DNA from: Methanocellales archaeon
GTDB lineage: Archaea > Halobacteriota > JAWCLZ01
Direction: 5' to 3'
DNA: 64,000 bases
NCBI GenBank assembly: GCA_038850275.1
Contig: JAWCLZ010000006.1
Coordinates: 393-64,392 of the forward strand
Shown: piece by piece, positions 29,076-39,076 of the stretch
How the letters are laid out: each line of letters opens with the position of its first letter
Numbering within the stretch: the first letter of the stretch is position 1
Made by a program: the position numbers and the translations under genes
Notes under the pieces: generated by a model
The model's input: the letters and a program-made list of their open reading frames with translations, nothing else
What the model was told of the DNA's origin: nothing
Databases searched by the model: none

Positions 29076-29960
29076 ATGGAATTTACTAAGGAGGAGGAAC
29101 TAGAGCGGTATAGAAAAGCTGGGAAGATCTTATCAGAGGTAAGAACAGAGGCTGTGAAAAAAGTTCGAGTTGGAGCGAGCATTCTTGAAACTGCAAATTA
29201 TATTGAAGCACTCATTAAAGAAAAAGGCGCGCTTCCAGCATTCCCCTGCAATATCTCGAGAAATGATGAAGCAGCTCATGCTACACCTTCTAAAAACGAA
29301 ACAGCCTGCTTCAAGGAGGGGGACTTGGTTAAGTTGGATATTGGTGTGCATATCGACGGTTATATAGCGGATACAGCTATAACAGTTGATCTAGGAGATA
29401 ATAAAGAACTTGTTAAAGCAGCGGAATCTGGACTTGCAAGTGCAATTAAAACCCTGCACGCTGGAGTTAGCACTTCAGAGATAGGAGAGGCGATTGAGAA
29501 AGCGATCAATGAATTTGGCTTTAAACCAGTTGTAAATTTAACAGGCCATGGATTAATGCGATATATACAGCATGCTTCACCTCAGATTCCAAATCGAAAA
29601 GTGGAGAAGGGAGTGATTTTAAAGGCAAATGATGTGATCGCTCTCGAGCCTTTTGCAACTAATGGAATAGGGAGAGTGGTTGAGGGCACAGTTGTGGAAA
29701 TCTACTCCCTAATAGAAGCAAAGCCAGTTAGATTACCGCAGGCTAGGCAGCTTTTAAAGGAGATCGAGCCATATAAAACCTTGCCTTTTGCAAAGCGCTG
29801 GCTTCATACCCCTCGCTTGGAGATGGCGCTTAGGCAGCTTGAGTCAATTGGTGCTATTAGAGGCTACCCAGTGCTTCGAGAAGAATCAGGGGGATTGGTC
29901 TCGCAGGCAGAGCATACTGTAATCGTAACTGAAGATGGATGTGAAGTTATAACTCTCTAG
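29076..29960 (+). CDS. map: Methionine aminopeptidase type II
   Basis: AFPCNIS..AAH, DIGVHIDGYIAD, LTGHG, EPFAT and SQAEHT motifs. Confidence 0.96.
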   Translation: MEFTKEEELERYRKAGKILSEVRTEAVKKVRVGASILETANYIEALIKEKGALPAFPCNISRNDEAAHATPSKNETACFKEGDLVKLDIGVHIDGYIADTAITVDLGDNKELVKAAESGLASAIKTLHAGVSTSEIGEAIEKAINEFGFKPVVNLTGHGLMRYIQHASPQIPNRKVEKGVILKANDVIALEPFATNGIGRVVEGTVVEIYSLIEAKPVRLPQARQLLKEIEPYKTLPFAKRWLHTPRLEMALRQLESIGAIRGYPVLREESGGLVSQAEHTVIVTEDGCEVITL

Positions 29961-29962
29961 AG

Positions 29963-30556
29963 ATGCGCACTTTCATATTATATGCTCGAAAAGCTAGAAC
30001 AGATGCGAATTTTAATATTCACGAGCTAGCTAAGAGCGGGCGGCTGGATATAGTTGCTAGATGCCTGCAGGCTTCTCTCTATCTATCTCGAGGAATAAGG
30101 AGAGATGCAGCATTATATGCAGTTTTAAATGGCCCCCCAAATCCACCTAAAACCATTTGGTTCAATGGGAGCGAGTTCAAAGGCATTGCTGTGGATGAAA
30201 TCTCGATCGCAAGGTGCTTGAAAAAAGCCCTCTTTTTTAACATAGGTAAATCGAAGGAATGGAATTTGGTATCAGATGGGGTTTATATCTCCTGTAGAAG
30301 TTTTCAAGAAATAGTTGCTATGGCTGCAGAGAGGGCTGGGCAGATCTATATATTGCATGAGAAAGGGGAGGATATTAGAAATGTTAAACTCTCAATGGAG
30401 GCTTTCTTCATACTTGGAGATCACCTTGGTCTGCCTTTGAAGGAGGAAAGATTCTGCGAGAGATATGGGGCTTTAAAGATCTCGGTTGGCCCTAAGAGCT
30501 ATCTAGCTTCGCAGTGTATAACTTTGATCAATGCGGAGTTAGATAGAATACAATGA
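29963..30556 (+). CDS. trmY: tRNA (pseudouridine54-N1)-methyltransferase
   Basis: GRLDIVARC, LSRGIRRD, LGDHLG and ISVGPKSYLASQC (SPOUT fold). Confidence 0.9.
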   Translation: MRTFILYARKARTDANFNIHELAKSGRLDIVARCLQASLYLSRGIRRDAALYAVLNGPPNPPKTIWFNGSEFKGIAVDEISIARCLKKALFFNIGKSKEWNLVSDGVYISCRSFQEIVAMAAERAGQIYILHEKGEDIRNVKLSMEAFFILGDHLGLPLKEERFCERYGALKISVGPKSYLASQCITLINAELDRIQ

Positions 30557-31012
30557 TACCCCTAATTCGCTTAGGATTAAACCTACAACTTTTTGAAGCG
30601 CCTCATATACCTCGGGAGAGAGTGCCATTCCCTCTTCCACTTTTTGAATTTCCACGCCATAGAACACGATCTCAGGAAGGGGTTTTGTTTTTCCAATTTC
30701 TAGAGTTTGATGCAGATTTATATAGTGGAGGAAGTAAGCTGAGCAATCGCAGGCTTGAAATTGATCAAGGGAGAAGCGAAAAATTCTACCAGGTGTATCG
30801 CCACTACTAACTGCATCAATTATTATAATTTTATCTGCACCCTCGAGATAATTTGCTATTTCGATTTCGCCCTTGCCTCCGTCTATTAACAAGACATTGC
30901 TTGGCAGTTCGTGTTTCATAAGTTCTCCTAGTACGTATATCCCAAAGCCATCATCGCATTTCAGTATATCGCCTAATCCAATGATCTTAATCACAGCTCT
31001 AAGGTGAGGCAT
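30539..31012 (-). CDS. Hydrogenase maturation endopeptidase (HyaD/HycI family)
   Basis: IIGLGDILKCDDGFG, IDGG and IIIDAV motifs. Confidence 0.85.
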   Translation of the reverse strand: MPHLRAVIKIIGLGDILKCDDGFGIYVLGELMKHELPSNVLLIDGGKGEIEIANYLEGADKIIIIDAVSSGDTPGRIFRFSLDQFQACDCSAYFLHYINLHQTLEIGKTKPLPEIVFYGVEIQKVEEGMALSPEVYEALQKVVGLILSELGVSLYSI

Positions 31013-31091
31013 TGAATTTTTATAAATCTATCTCTTCTAAATAAAAATTAAAATAATTAAAAACAAATAAATAAATAATTAATTTAATAAA

Positions 31092-32180
31092 TTAATTAGA
31101 GAAATTGCGTCTGAGTATTAAAGCACTCACTAGTGCGACTGCGATGGTGAATAACTCAAAGCCTGGAACTGCAGATGGGATGCCTGCTTGAATGGTAATC
31201 ACATGCTCTGAGAACTTTTGTACATAGACTATGACTTGAGCTCCATCTGCTCCCAGTGTAACTAGATACTTTGAGGTTTCATTTTTAATTCTTGCATTGA
31301 TAAGATCTTGAATACTACTCGCTTGAGGAATTTCTTTACCATCAATCATTACCTTAAAGTCACCGCTCTGGATAGCCCCTAGAACTTCTTTATCTATATT
31401 GAAAACAATGAATTTACCCTCCGGAGTTGGGGAGTTAACAACAACGCTTATAGTTTTATTTTCCCCGTCCACGCTGGTAATATTTAACGTTAAATCTGTA
31501 TAGATAACTACATCCAGAGCATTCTTGCCTCTTATGTGCAACTCTGCACCTACATGATTCTGCTCCATCTCTCGCATCATCTCTCTATAAGTAACTCGCT
31601 CGCCATAGTCCAAACATGGCTTTGCCCTGAAGATGAGCTTTCCATGAACAAGCGTTGCATTTATAATATTATCTTTAACCTCAAAGCTTCCTTGACCAGC
31701 GATCATTAAGGTGCCATTGAAGTTCATATTGCTGAGTAAAATTGTTCTATTGTTGATGACGTTAATATTTATATCACTTGCAACAGTGAGGTTAACCACT
31801 GTATTTTTCACTGCATCTATCTTGAGCAGTCCAGTTGGATTATCGTGGATATCGACTTTCACGCCATTTGCGATCTCAATCTTTATCTCAGCGCCAGCAC
31901 TCTTGACCTTCTGAGGAGGAGAGATTTCAATGCTCTCAAATACCACTGTGCCATCTATAGTATAGTTCGAGATCTTTTCTTCACACTTAAAATCTGTAAA
32001 GCTACCCATATAGCGGTTTTCGTGCATTTCAAATTTCAATTCCCTTATTTGTTCTCTTACTTGCTCTCTTAGTCTCTCGCGCTCCTGTTCCTGTACTGGT
32101 GTTTTATTCTCCTTAGCAGCAAGTACTCCAATTGATGTAAATAGCACTGCTAGGAGTAATATTGCTATTATTTTCCTCAT
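31092..32180 (-). CDS. Secreted cell-surface protein with PGF-CTERM anchor
   Basis: N-terminal signal peptide; many N-x-S/T sequons; C-terminal VPGFE followed by a TM helix and RR. Confidence 0.85.
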   Translation of the reverse strand: MRKIIAILLLAVLFTSIGVLAAKENKTPVQEQERERLREQVREQIRELKFEMHENRYMGSFTDFKCEEKISNYTIDGTVVFESIEISPPQKVKSAGAEIKIEIANGVKVDIHDNPTGLLKIDAVKNTVVNLTVASDININVINNRTILLSNMNFNGTLMIAGQGSFEVKDNIINATLVHGKLIFRAKPCLDYGERVTYREMMREMEQNHVGAELHIRGKNALDVVIYTDLTLNITSVDGENKTISVVVNSPTPEGKFIVFNIDKEVLGAIQSGDFKVMIDGKEIPQASSIQDLINARIKNETSKYLVTLGADGAQVIVYVQKFSEHVITIQAGIPSAVPGFELFTIAVALVSALILRRNFSN

Positions 32181-32328
32181 TCTTTCTCACCTCTCTTTCG
32201 ATTGAATTGAATCAAATGCTTAAGCCCTAAATTTGCAAGCAATTTTTCTGCGGCTAATGGGAAATCTCGGTCTATATTTTTCATCAAGAGTTCAACCTCT
32301 GATTCGACATCGGATTCGATATCAATAT

Positions 32329-32931
32329 TCATTTTTCAACCCTCCTTCTATTTTCATTGATCCTTTCAATTTTTTGAGTTGGAGTCTCATATCCTTCTTG
32401 AGGCAAAGCAGTTTCATTTACCTTTATCTGCCATTCACTAGTGAACCTATTCTTAAGTTCCCTGTGCCTCTCCTCAAGCACTCTAAATTTTTGCTTCTCC
32501 ACAAACTCCCTTCCCAGCTCAGCGAGTGCTTTCTCTATGGACTGCATTAATCTCGAGTTACACGCTATTTTTAAGCCAAGGGCGCGCATCCCAACTGTAA
32601 ATGCATCTTGAGTTATGGTGTTATTAGCAAGCGCCATTTTCAGCTCCTCTCGCTCTACAGCGATTTCATTCAATGCCAAGCTGAAGCTACTTTGGCGCTC
32701 CTCAATCAGTCTTAAGCGCTCTTCCTTATCTGCTTGAGTGTACTTAGCCTTGAAGATAAAATCCTCTATATCTGCTCTCTGAGCTGCTATGGTTTCTTTG
32801 AATGCTAAGCTTAATTCAAATCCAGTGCCAAATTTTTGCGATTGAGCAGCATTAGTAGAAGCGAGGAGAAGCATAATGATTATGAGGATTCCTTTATGGA
32901 TTCCTTTATGCAGCCTCAATGTTTTAATCAT
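32329..32931 (-). CDS. Secreted alpha-helical/coiled-coil protein
   Basis: Hydrophobic signal ending ASTNAA, then an E/R-rich helical body. Confidence 0.65.
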   Translation of the reverse strand: MIKTLRLHKGIHKGILIIIMLLLASTNAAQSQKFGTGFELSLAFKETIAAQRADIEDFIFKAKYTQADKEERLRLIEERQSSFSLALNEIAVEREELKMALANNTITQDAFTVGMRALGLKIACNSRLMQSIEKALAELGREFVEKQKFRVLEERHRELKNRFTSEWQIKVNETALPQEGYETPTQKIERINENRRRVEK

Positions 32932-33161
32932 CTTTGTTTCACCAAAAAAATATAGAACTTGCTAAGAGATAAAGCTAACTAAAGTTCTGATTGTAAAATA
33001 AAGCTCTATTTTAGTCCAAAATAGTTTAAAAAGAAAAAAAATAGTTTAAATCGATTCAAAACTTAGAATTTGCCTTAGTTTTCTAGGCCATTTTTTATTT
33101 ATTTTGGGTAATTTTTATTTAAATTGAAGATTAACATATAATAGCAGGAGGAAGGTTTGAT

Positions 33162-34682
33162 TTGAAACTTCAAGCTCAGATTCTGGACGTAGAGATCGGG
33201 AAATATAGAGTTATCCTCAATAAACTCGATGCAGATGAAATGGGAATCAGACCAGGGGATAGGGTGAGAGTTCGCAACGCAGATAGCGTTACAGCAATGG
33301 TTGAAATCTCTGAATTCATGTATGAAAAAGGAGTGGCAGGTGTTTATAAAGATGTTAAAGAGAAACTTGGTTTAAAAGGTGGAGAATACATCGAAATTAC
33401 CCCGGCACTTCGCCCTCGCTCTATATCCGCTATTAAGAAAAAAATGAATAGAGAAAAGCTAACTCCCGAGGAAATCCACGCAATAATAAAGGATATTGTG
33501 GATGGGAATCTCAGCGACGTGGAACTCACTGCCTTTGTAACCTCTACCTACATCCACGGAATGGATATGGATGAGATAGAGTGGATGACTCGAGCAATGG
33601 TAAAGACAGGGGAGAAAATTGAGTTCGATACCCATCCTATTATGGACAAACACAGCATTGGAGGAGTACCCGGGAATAAGATTTCCTTGATAGTGGTGCC
33701 AATAGTTGCAGCTGCAGGATTGATGATTCCAAAGACGAGTTCTCGAGCTATCACAGGTGCTGCTGGTACCGCTGATCTAATGGAAGTTCTCGCTCCAGTT
33801 GAATTCAGCGCTAGCGAGGTTAAAAAAATGACCGAGAAAATAGGAGGAGTAATAGTCTGGGGAGGAGCGACAAATATAGCTCCAGCGGATGATAAAATTA
33901 TAGAAGCAGAATATCCCCTTTCAATAGACCCACATCCACAACTACTAGCCTCGGTTATGGCAAAAAAATTTGCTGTAGGCGCGGATAGCGTGGTAATAGA
34001 CATTCCAGTTGGCTCTGGAACGAAGATCTCAACTTTGATGCAGGGCAGAAAAATCGCTCGAGATTTTATCGAGCTAGGCGAGCGCTTGGGAATAAGAGTG
34101 GAGTGTGCTATAACTTATGGTGGCTCTCCAATAGGGAGAACTATAGGCCCTGCCCTCGAAGTTAAGGAAGCATTGAAGGTGCTTGAAACAATGCAGGGCC
34201 CGAAGAGTTTAATTGAAAAATCCACAAATATAGCAGGTATTTTACTTGAAATGGGAGGAGTTGCATCAAGAGGCCTTGGTAAAGAAGTAGCAACTTCTAT
34301 TTTAAGCTCAGGGAAGGCGCTGAAAAAACTTAAGGAGATAATAGAAGCACAGGGCGGCAATCCCAACGTAACCTCGAATGATATTCCAGTGGGCGATAAA
34401 ACTGCAAATATCGAAGCTCAAGCCACGGGCTATGTGATTGAATTCGACAACAAAAGAATAGTTGAAATCGCAAGAGTCGCAGGCGCCCCTAAAGATAAAG
34501 GCGCTGGGGTTCAAATTCATAAGAAGAAGGGGCAGTATGTTGAAAAAGGAGAGCCCATCATTACAATATATGCTGAAAAGGAATGGAAACTAACGAATGC
34601 AATAAAATGCGCCCAGCGTGAGTATCCAGTGGTAGTTGAGGGCATGGTGCTTGAGAAACTTGAGCAAACCAAGGAGCTTTGA
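33162..34682 (+). CDS. deoA: AMP phosphorylase
   Basis: N-terminal beta-barrel extension, DKHSIGGVPGNK, KTSSRAIT and GAPKDKGAG motifs. Confidence 0.93.
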   Translation: MKLQAQILDVEIGKYRVILNKLDADEMGIRPGDRVRVRNADSVTAMVEISEFMYEKGVAGVYKDVKEKLGLKGGEYIEITPALRPRSISAIKKKMNREKLTPEEIHAIIKDIVDGNLSDVELTAFVTSTYIHGMDMDEIEWMTRAMVKTGEKIEFDTHPIMDKHSIGGVPGNKISLIVVPIVAAAGLMIPKTSSRAITGAAGTADLMEVLAPVEFSASEVKKMTEKIGGVIVWGGATNIAPADDKIIEAEYPLSIDPHPQLLASVMAKKFAVGADSVVIDIPVGSGTKISTLMQGRKIARDFIELGERLGIRVECAITYGGSPIGRTIGPALEVKEALKVLETMQGPKSLIEKSTNIAGILLEMGGVASRGLGKEVATSILSSGKALKKLKEIIEAQGGNPNVTSNDIPVGDKTANIEAQATGYVIEFDNKRIVEIARVAGAPKDKGAGVQIHKKKGQYVEKGEPIITIYAEKEWKLTNAIKCAQREYPVVVEGMVLEKLEQTKEL

Positions 34683-35053
34683 TCTTGAGCTGGTATAAGG
34701 AGCTCCTCCCTACGACTTGCTCCATCTCTGATTATATTAAAAAATATTTTAAGAGAGAAGTAAAATTCGAGGTGGTTGCACAATTTGAAGTTTGCGATGA
34801 GATAATGCGAGAGTCTCGATATTCAATTGGAGATAGATCTCTTGTGGAAGCTTCAGAGTTCATACCAATATCGGATAACCCAGCTGACTTCATAGAGCTG
34901 GTTAGAGAGGGATATCTATCTATCGAGGAAATAATTTCATATAAAGGCTATAAAGTGGAATATAGATTGATAGCGAGGGATAATCGCTCCAGAAAACTAT
35001 CCATATATGGAGATATAGTTGTGGACTTGGTTGAGGAATATCTAGAGATATGA
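34679..35053 (+). CDS. Hypothetical protein, possibly chorismate-lyase/UTRA-like fold
   Basis: Coupled to AMP phosphorylase; RES...LVEASE...VEEY pattern loosely recalls UbiC/DUF98. Confidence 0.5.
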   Translation: MILSWYKELLPTTCSISDYIKKYFKREVKFEVVAQFEVCDEIMRESRYSIGDRSLVEASEFIPISDNPADFIELVREGYLSIEEIISYKGYKVEYRLIARDNRSRKLSIYGDIVVDLVEEYLEI

Positions 35054-35099
35054 ATCAAGAGAAATCAAGAACAGATATGAATCAAAAGAAATCAAGAAC
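35046..35099. repeat. 27-bp tandem duplication between convergent genes
   Basis: AGATATGAATCAAGAGAAATCAAGAAC followed by AGATATGAATCAAAAGAAATCAAGAAC (1 mismatch). Confidence 0.9.
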
Positions 35100-35100
35100 T

Positions 35101-36315
35101 CTAATCAATATAACTCAAGTCTAATACCTCTTGCTTTAATTCCTTCTTCACTTGGAAGTAATCTCTCGCTATCTTCCCAACTTTTTCTCTGTATTCAGGA
35201 GGGGTATAAACTCCCATTCTCCAGTTGGCAAGATGCGCTTGACTCAATACTCTAACGATGGGCGAGACCTCCTCAAGTGGCTTTAGGGAAGAGCCTGTTA
35301 ATACCAAGCTTCGCTTTTCCTCGATCTCTGGAAGAGGGGGGATATCAACAAGTACATAGCCATTTTCAAGCTTAGCTATCGAGCAAAGCTCGCTTTCGGC
35401 TCTCAAGATTTTACTGTGAGAGTTATATTCTTTTAAAATGTCCTCTCCAATGGTTTGAAAGTTGATATATAATGCTCTCTTAAAAAGCCTTCGCTCTTCA
35501 ATGCGCTTAATCATCTCCTTCGCATATCCCCCAGCGCGATGCATTTTCATCCATATTTGATAATCATCAAGTTTTCTCAGCTCCTCTGCTTTAAGATCGC
35601 CAGCCTCGATCATGAATTCCAGTGCCCGCACAAACATGGTCTCAGCTATTCGAGAGACGTGATGGAAATAAACAGCTGGATGCATTAAAAATCTTGAAAC
35701 TAGGAGTGATTCAGCAGCTTGAACACCACTTTCTAGTACAACTAATTTCCCTTCGTGCATCTTCATCTGCCGGATCAAGCGCTCAATATCCACTAAGCCA
35801 TATGCAACCCCAGTGTAATGCGCATCTCTTACAAGATAATCCATCTTATCCACATCTAGCTCGCTATTCAAAATCTGACCATAGTTGGTTTTGCCAGCTA
35901 TATACCGTGCAACCTCAAAAATATTCAAACCAAATCTATTTAGTACTTCACCCACCTCAGTATTTTTTAATATAAACGTGATATCTTCATGCCCAGTCCT
36001 TAGATATCTCCGCAGTAGCCGTTCAGTAACGTGAGAATAAGGCCCGTGGCCAAGGTCGTGCAGCAATGCTGCAGCTCGTAATAAGTCCTTGTCCACGTCT
36101 CTCTCAATTGCTATCTTTTTTAATAGAAGTTCAGCTAAATAAAAAGTGCCCAAGGAGTGCTCAAAACGAGTGTGATTTGCTCCTGGATATACTAGGTTTG
36201 CAAATCCAAGCTGCTTGATTCTGCGCAATCGCTGCACTTCAGGAGTATCGATCAAAGCAAGCGCCAAGCTATCAAGTTCGATGTAGCCATGAATTGGGTC
36301 TCTAATCGCCTTCAT
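35101..36315 (-). CDS. HD-superfamily phosphohydrolase (SAMHD1-like dNTPase family)
   Basis: IRDPIHG, QRLRRIKQLG, HTRFEHSLG, LLHDLGHGPYSH and LDVDKMDYLVRD motifs. Confidence 0.92.
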   Translation of the reverse strand: MKAIRDPIHGYIELDSLALALIDTPEVQRLRRIKQLGFANLVYPGANHTRFEHSLGTFYLAELLLKKIAIERDVDKDLLRAAALLHDLGHGPYSHVTERLLRRYLRTGHEDITFILKNTEVGEVLNRFGLNIFEVARYIAGKTNYGQILNSELDVDKMDYLVRDAHYTGVAYGLVDIERLIRQMKMHEGKLVVLESGVQAAESLLVSRFLMHPAVYFHHVSRIAETMFVRALEFMIEAGDLKAEELRKLDDYQIWMKMHRAGGYAKEMIKRIEERRLFKRALYINFQTIGEDILKEYNSHSKILRAESELCSIAKLENGYVLVDIPPLPEIEEKRSLVLTGSSLKPLEEVSPIVRVLSQAHLANWRMGVYTPPEYREKVGKIARDYFQVKKELKQEVLDLSYID

Positions 36316-36417
36316 CTGCCTCAATATTGATTTTCTTTATATAAAAACTATAAATTTTATAAATCTTAAAATTTTCAAGAAAAAGTATATCACTTCAGTT
36401 AAAATAAAACTTAGATT

Positions 36418-37308
36418 ATGAATCTTTCACTTCTCATATTCCTGTTTTTCATCATCAGTTCAACTGTACTCTGCAACAGTCAAGATGCTTATATGGATAT
36501 AAATGAAACCTATTCAAATCAGATTGCTTTGAATATATACATCGATGAAAGTGGAAAGGCTTTAATCACTGGATATATTGAAAATCCCGAAGTGCTAGCT
36601 GAACTTGAGTTCCTTAGAGATGTGCAATATACCTTCGACAGTGAAACTCACCAGCTGGTCTGCCTCACAGATAGGCTTACTTCAAAACAAGCTGAAGTAT
36701 GGAAAATCAACTTAACTATAACTGGCTACTTCACTGAATTTAGCGCAACTATTTACTTCCCTCAAGCTGCAAAAGTGAGTGGAATTGAAATTTCAAGAGA
36801 TCTAAATTATTATATAGTTGCTGAAGATGAATCAGTAGCGGTGGAAATACAAGGATTTGATATAAATGATCCTAGTCTAGCTTTGAACTATAAACTAATG
36901 CCTTCTCAGCCTTCAGAAATTGAAAAATATGAGGTATTAATTATCAGCTTAATTATCAGCTGTGCTTTAATCTTCATATTTGCCCTAGCACTCTGGAAAT
37001 GGCGTGCAAAGGAAACCATAAAGGCAGATATAAGGGAAGAAGAGAAGGAAATTGTTCTAACCCCTGAGATGCAAAAGGTAATTGAGACCCTCAATGAGAA
37101 TGAAAGACAAATCGTAAATGTGCTTTTAAAATACAATGGAAAACTTACTCAGGCGAAAATTCGCCACGAAACAGGCATTCCCAAGTCCTCTCTAACTGGT
37201 ATTATCAATGCACTTGAAAGAAAAAAAATTATAAATAAGATAAAATATGGGAGAACGAACGTGATTGAACTATCTTCTTGGTTTTTAGGTAAAAATAAAC
37301 CGAAATAA
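36418..37308 (+). CDS. Membrane-anchored winged-HTH regulator with extracellular N-domain (COG2512-like)
   Basis: Signal peptide, beta-rich domain, TM helix ending WKWR, then LNENERQIV...TQAKIRHETGIPKSSLTGIINALERKKII...GRTNVI. Confidence 0.85.
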   Translation: MNLSLLIFLFFIISSTVLCNSQDAYMDINETYSNQIALNIYIDESGKALITGYIENPEVLAELEFLRDVQYTFDSETHQLVCLTDRLTSKQAEVWKINLTITGYFTEFSATIYFPQAAKVSGIEISRDLNYYIVAEDESVAVEIQGFDINDPSLALNYKLMPSQPSEIEKYEVLIISLIISCALIFIFALALWKWRAKETIKADIREEEKEIVLTPEMQKVIETLNENERQIVNVLLKYNGKLTQAKIRHETGIPKSSLTGIINALERKKIINKIKYGRTNVIELSSWFLGKNKPK

Positions 37309-37391
37309 ACCCTTTTAAAATCTTGATGGTACATTGGTTCTGGATCAAATTTTTATATCGTTCAAGAAAAATTAAAATCGGAGGTTGAAAA

Positions 37392-37823
37392 ATGAAGAAA
37401 TTCATCTTAGTTTTAATGCTACTTGGAGTTTTAGGAACAGCTGGAATAGCAGCTGCATTTGGAGCTTTCACTATTGACCAGAGAGCAGCGATAAAGCAAG
37501 CAATTGAAAATAATTCCTATGAAGACTGGAGGGAGGCAATGATAGCAACGCTTACTCAAGAGAATTTCAATAAAATTGTGGAGAGATATAAAATAATGAC
37601 TGAAAGAAGAGAGCTTGTGAATGCAATAAAGCAGGCTATTAAAGAAGGCAACTACACAGCATATAAAGAGGCAGCAGAGAGGCTCATAAAAACCTTTAGA
37701 GTTATGAATGAAGAAGAGTTCAACGCCTTTGTGGAACACTGCAAAGAAACGCAGTGGAGATTTAGATATTGGAATGGATGTTGGGGATGGCACTATAAAA
37801 AATGCCGCATATTCTGGTGGTGA
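37392..37823 (+). CDS. Small secreted helical-repeat protein
   Basis: Signal peptide; internal repeat AIKQAIENNSYEDWREA / AIKQAIKEGNYTAYKEA. Confidence 0.75.
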   Translation: MKKFILVLMLLGVLGTAGIAAAFGAFTIDQRAAIKQAIENNSYEDWREAMIATLTQENFNKIVERYKIMTERRELVNAIKQAIKEGNYTAYKEAAERLIKTFRVMNEEEFNAFVEHCKETQWRFRYWNGCWGWHYKKCRIFWW

Positions 37824-37828
37824 CGTGA

Positions 37829-38467
37829 TTGAAGCGCTCCAGCCTTAGTTTAATCACTTGCTCAATCATTTTAATATTTTTTATAGTTATATTATCGCTC
37901 TGCATAACTCAGAGCTTTGCACAGCCAAGTGAAACAGTGAAGTTTGAAGGACAGGCAAAGGTAGTGCCACTTCCCTCCTATAATTTAATTCCAATGGTCG
38001 TAGGCAATGGCTTTGCCTTCTCAGGCGATGAATTCCACGTTGTAAAGTTAAATGTGATTGGAATTAGAAAACTGGCATTTCAAGACCTTCGCTCAATGAT
38101 CGCTGAGCGCAAAAACCTATCGCAGATAAAAGAGGCACTCGTCAAACCAGAGGGAATCACGCCTGTATGGAAGGGATATCTGAAGTTCGGAACCAAGCAC
38201 TTCAGCTTGAAAGTGGAGGAAATCGATAGCAAGCATTTAAAGGCACAGGTATTAAGCATTCCGTCAATTGTGGAGAGCGCTAAAACGCCAATTGCAATTG
38301 GAAATATATCGATGGAGATAAAATTTTACGAGGGAACAATAGTTGGCATAGGTAATATAACTTTTGATTCTGAGGCGATTGAAAATAATTACTACGATGT
38401 CTATCTCTACATCTCACCTGACCGCCCATATTTAGAGCCGCTGCTTAAATCTGTAATAAAAGAATAA
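37829..38467 (+). CDS. Secreted hypothetical protein
   Basis: N-terminal hydrophobic signal followed by a beta-rich body. Confidence 0.65.
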   Translation: MKRSSLSLITCSIILIFFIVILSLCITQSFAQPSETVKFEGQAKVVPLPSYNLIPMVVGNGFAFSGDEFHVVKLNVIGIRKLAFQDLRSMIAERKNLSQIKEALVKPEGITPVWKGYLKFGTKHFSLKVEEIDSKHLKAQVLSIPSIVESAKTPIAIGNISMEIKFYEGTIVGIGNITFDSEAIENNYYDVYLYISPDRPYLEPLLKSVIKE

Positions 38468-38501
38468 TCGATAGCTTTATTCCAAGCTTTAATAGCTAAG
38501 C

Positions 38502-38990
38502 TTAATAGCCAATGTACTTTGCATAGGCATTTTCATATTTAGTTAGAAGTACCTCAGGCTCCTCAAGCATCTCTAGTATCTCAATTGCAGATCGATCTAT
38601 GTTTAAAATATTCTCAACCAATTCAATAAATTCCCTTGCGAGGGAAATCGAGGATTGATCATACTGTCCTTTCTCTATTAGGAATTGTATCCTAGCAGCT
38701 CTATCCCGCAGCTTATTTCTCTGTTTTTCAATCTCAGCTTTCACAAAGCTCATAAGTACTTCGCGCTCGAGCTTCTTATGAGCCCAAGCTTCTATGGCAT
38801 TCTCCAATATTCCCATAAAAATCAAAGCAATCTGTTGCTCTACGTGCACAATTGGATCAGCTTGAAACATAGATTCAAGATAGCGAAAAACAGCTTCCCT
38901 TGCTTCTATCTTTTCTATTCTATCTAAATAATCCAGAACTCCGCCTTTCGCTAAGATTGAAATGAGTTTTCTATCCTCCATCGAATTCAA
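38502..38990 (-). CDS. Hypothetical helical protein
   Basis: 162-aa ORF filling the gap between neighbours; no recognisable motif. Confidence 0.6.
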   Translation of the reverse strand: MNSMEDRKLISILAKGGVLDYLDRIEKIEAREAVFRYLESMFQADPIVHVEQQIALIFMGILENAIEAWAHKKLEREVLMSFVKAEIEKQRNKLRDRAARIQFLIEKGQYDQSSISLAREFIELVENILNIDRSAIEILEMLEEPEVLLTKYENAYAKYIGY

Positions 38991-39076
38991 TCTAAATTTT
39001 TTTAACCTCCCTCCATAAATTTCTTCCGAAGTAGAGATCCAAAAAAATAAGAATGCATATTTCGAATTAGATCTAG

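Noticed and set aside
35046-35099. 27-bp repeat as a CRISPR remnant
   Set aside because: The two copies are directly adjacent with no spacer, and there are no cas genes or leader.
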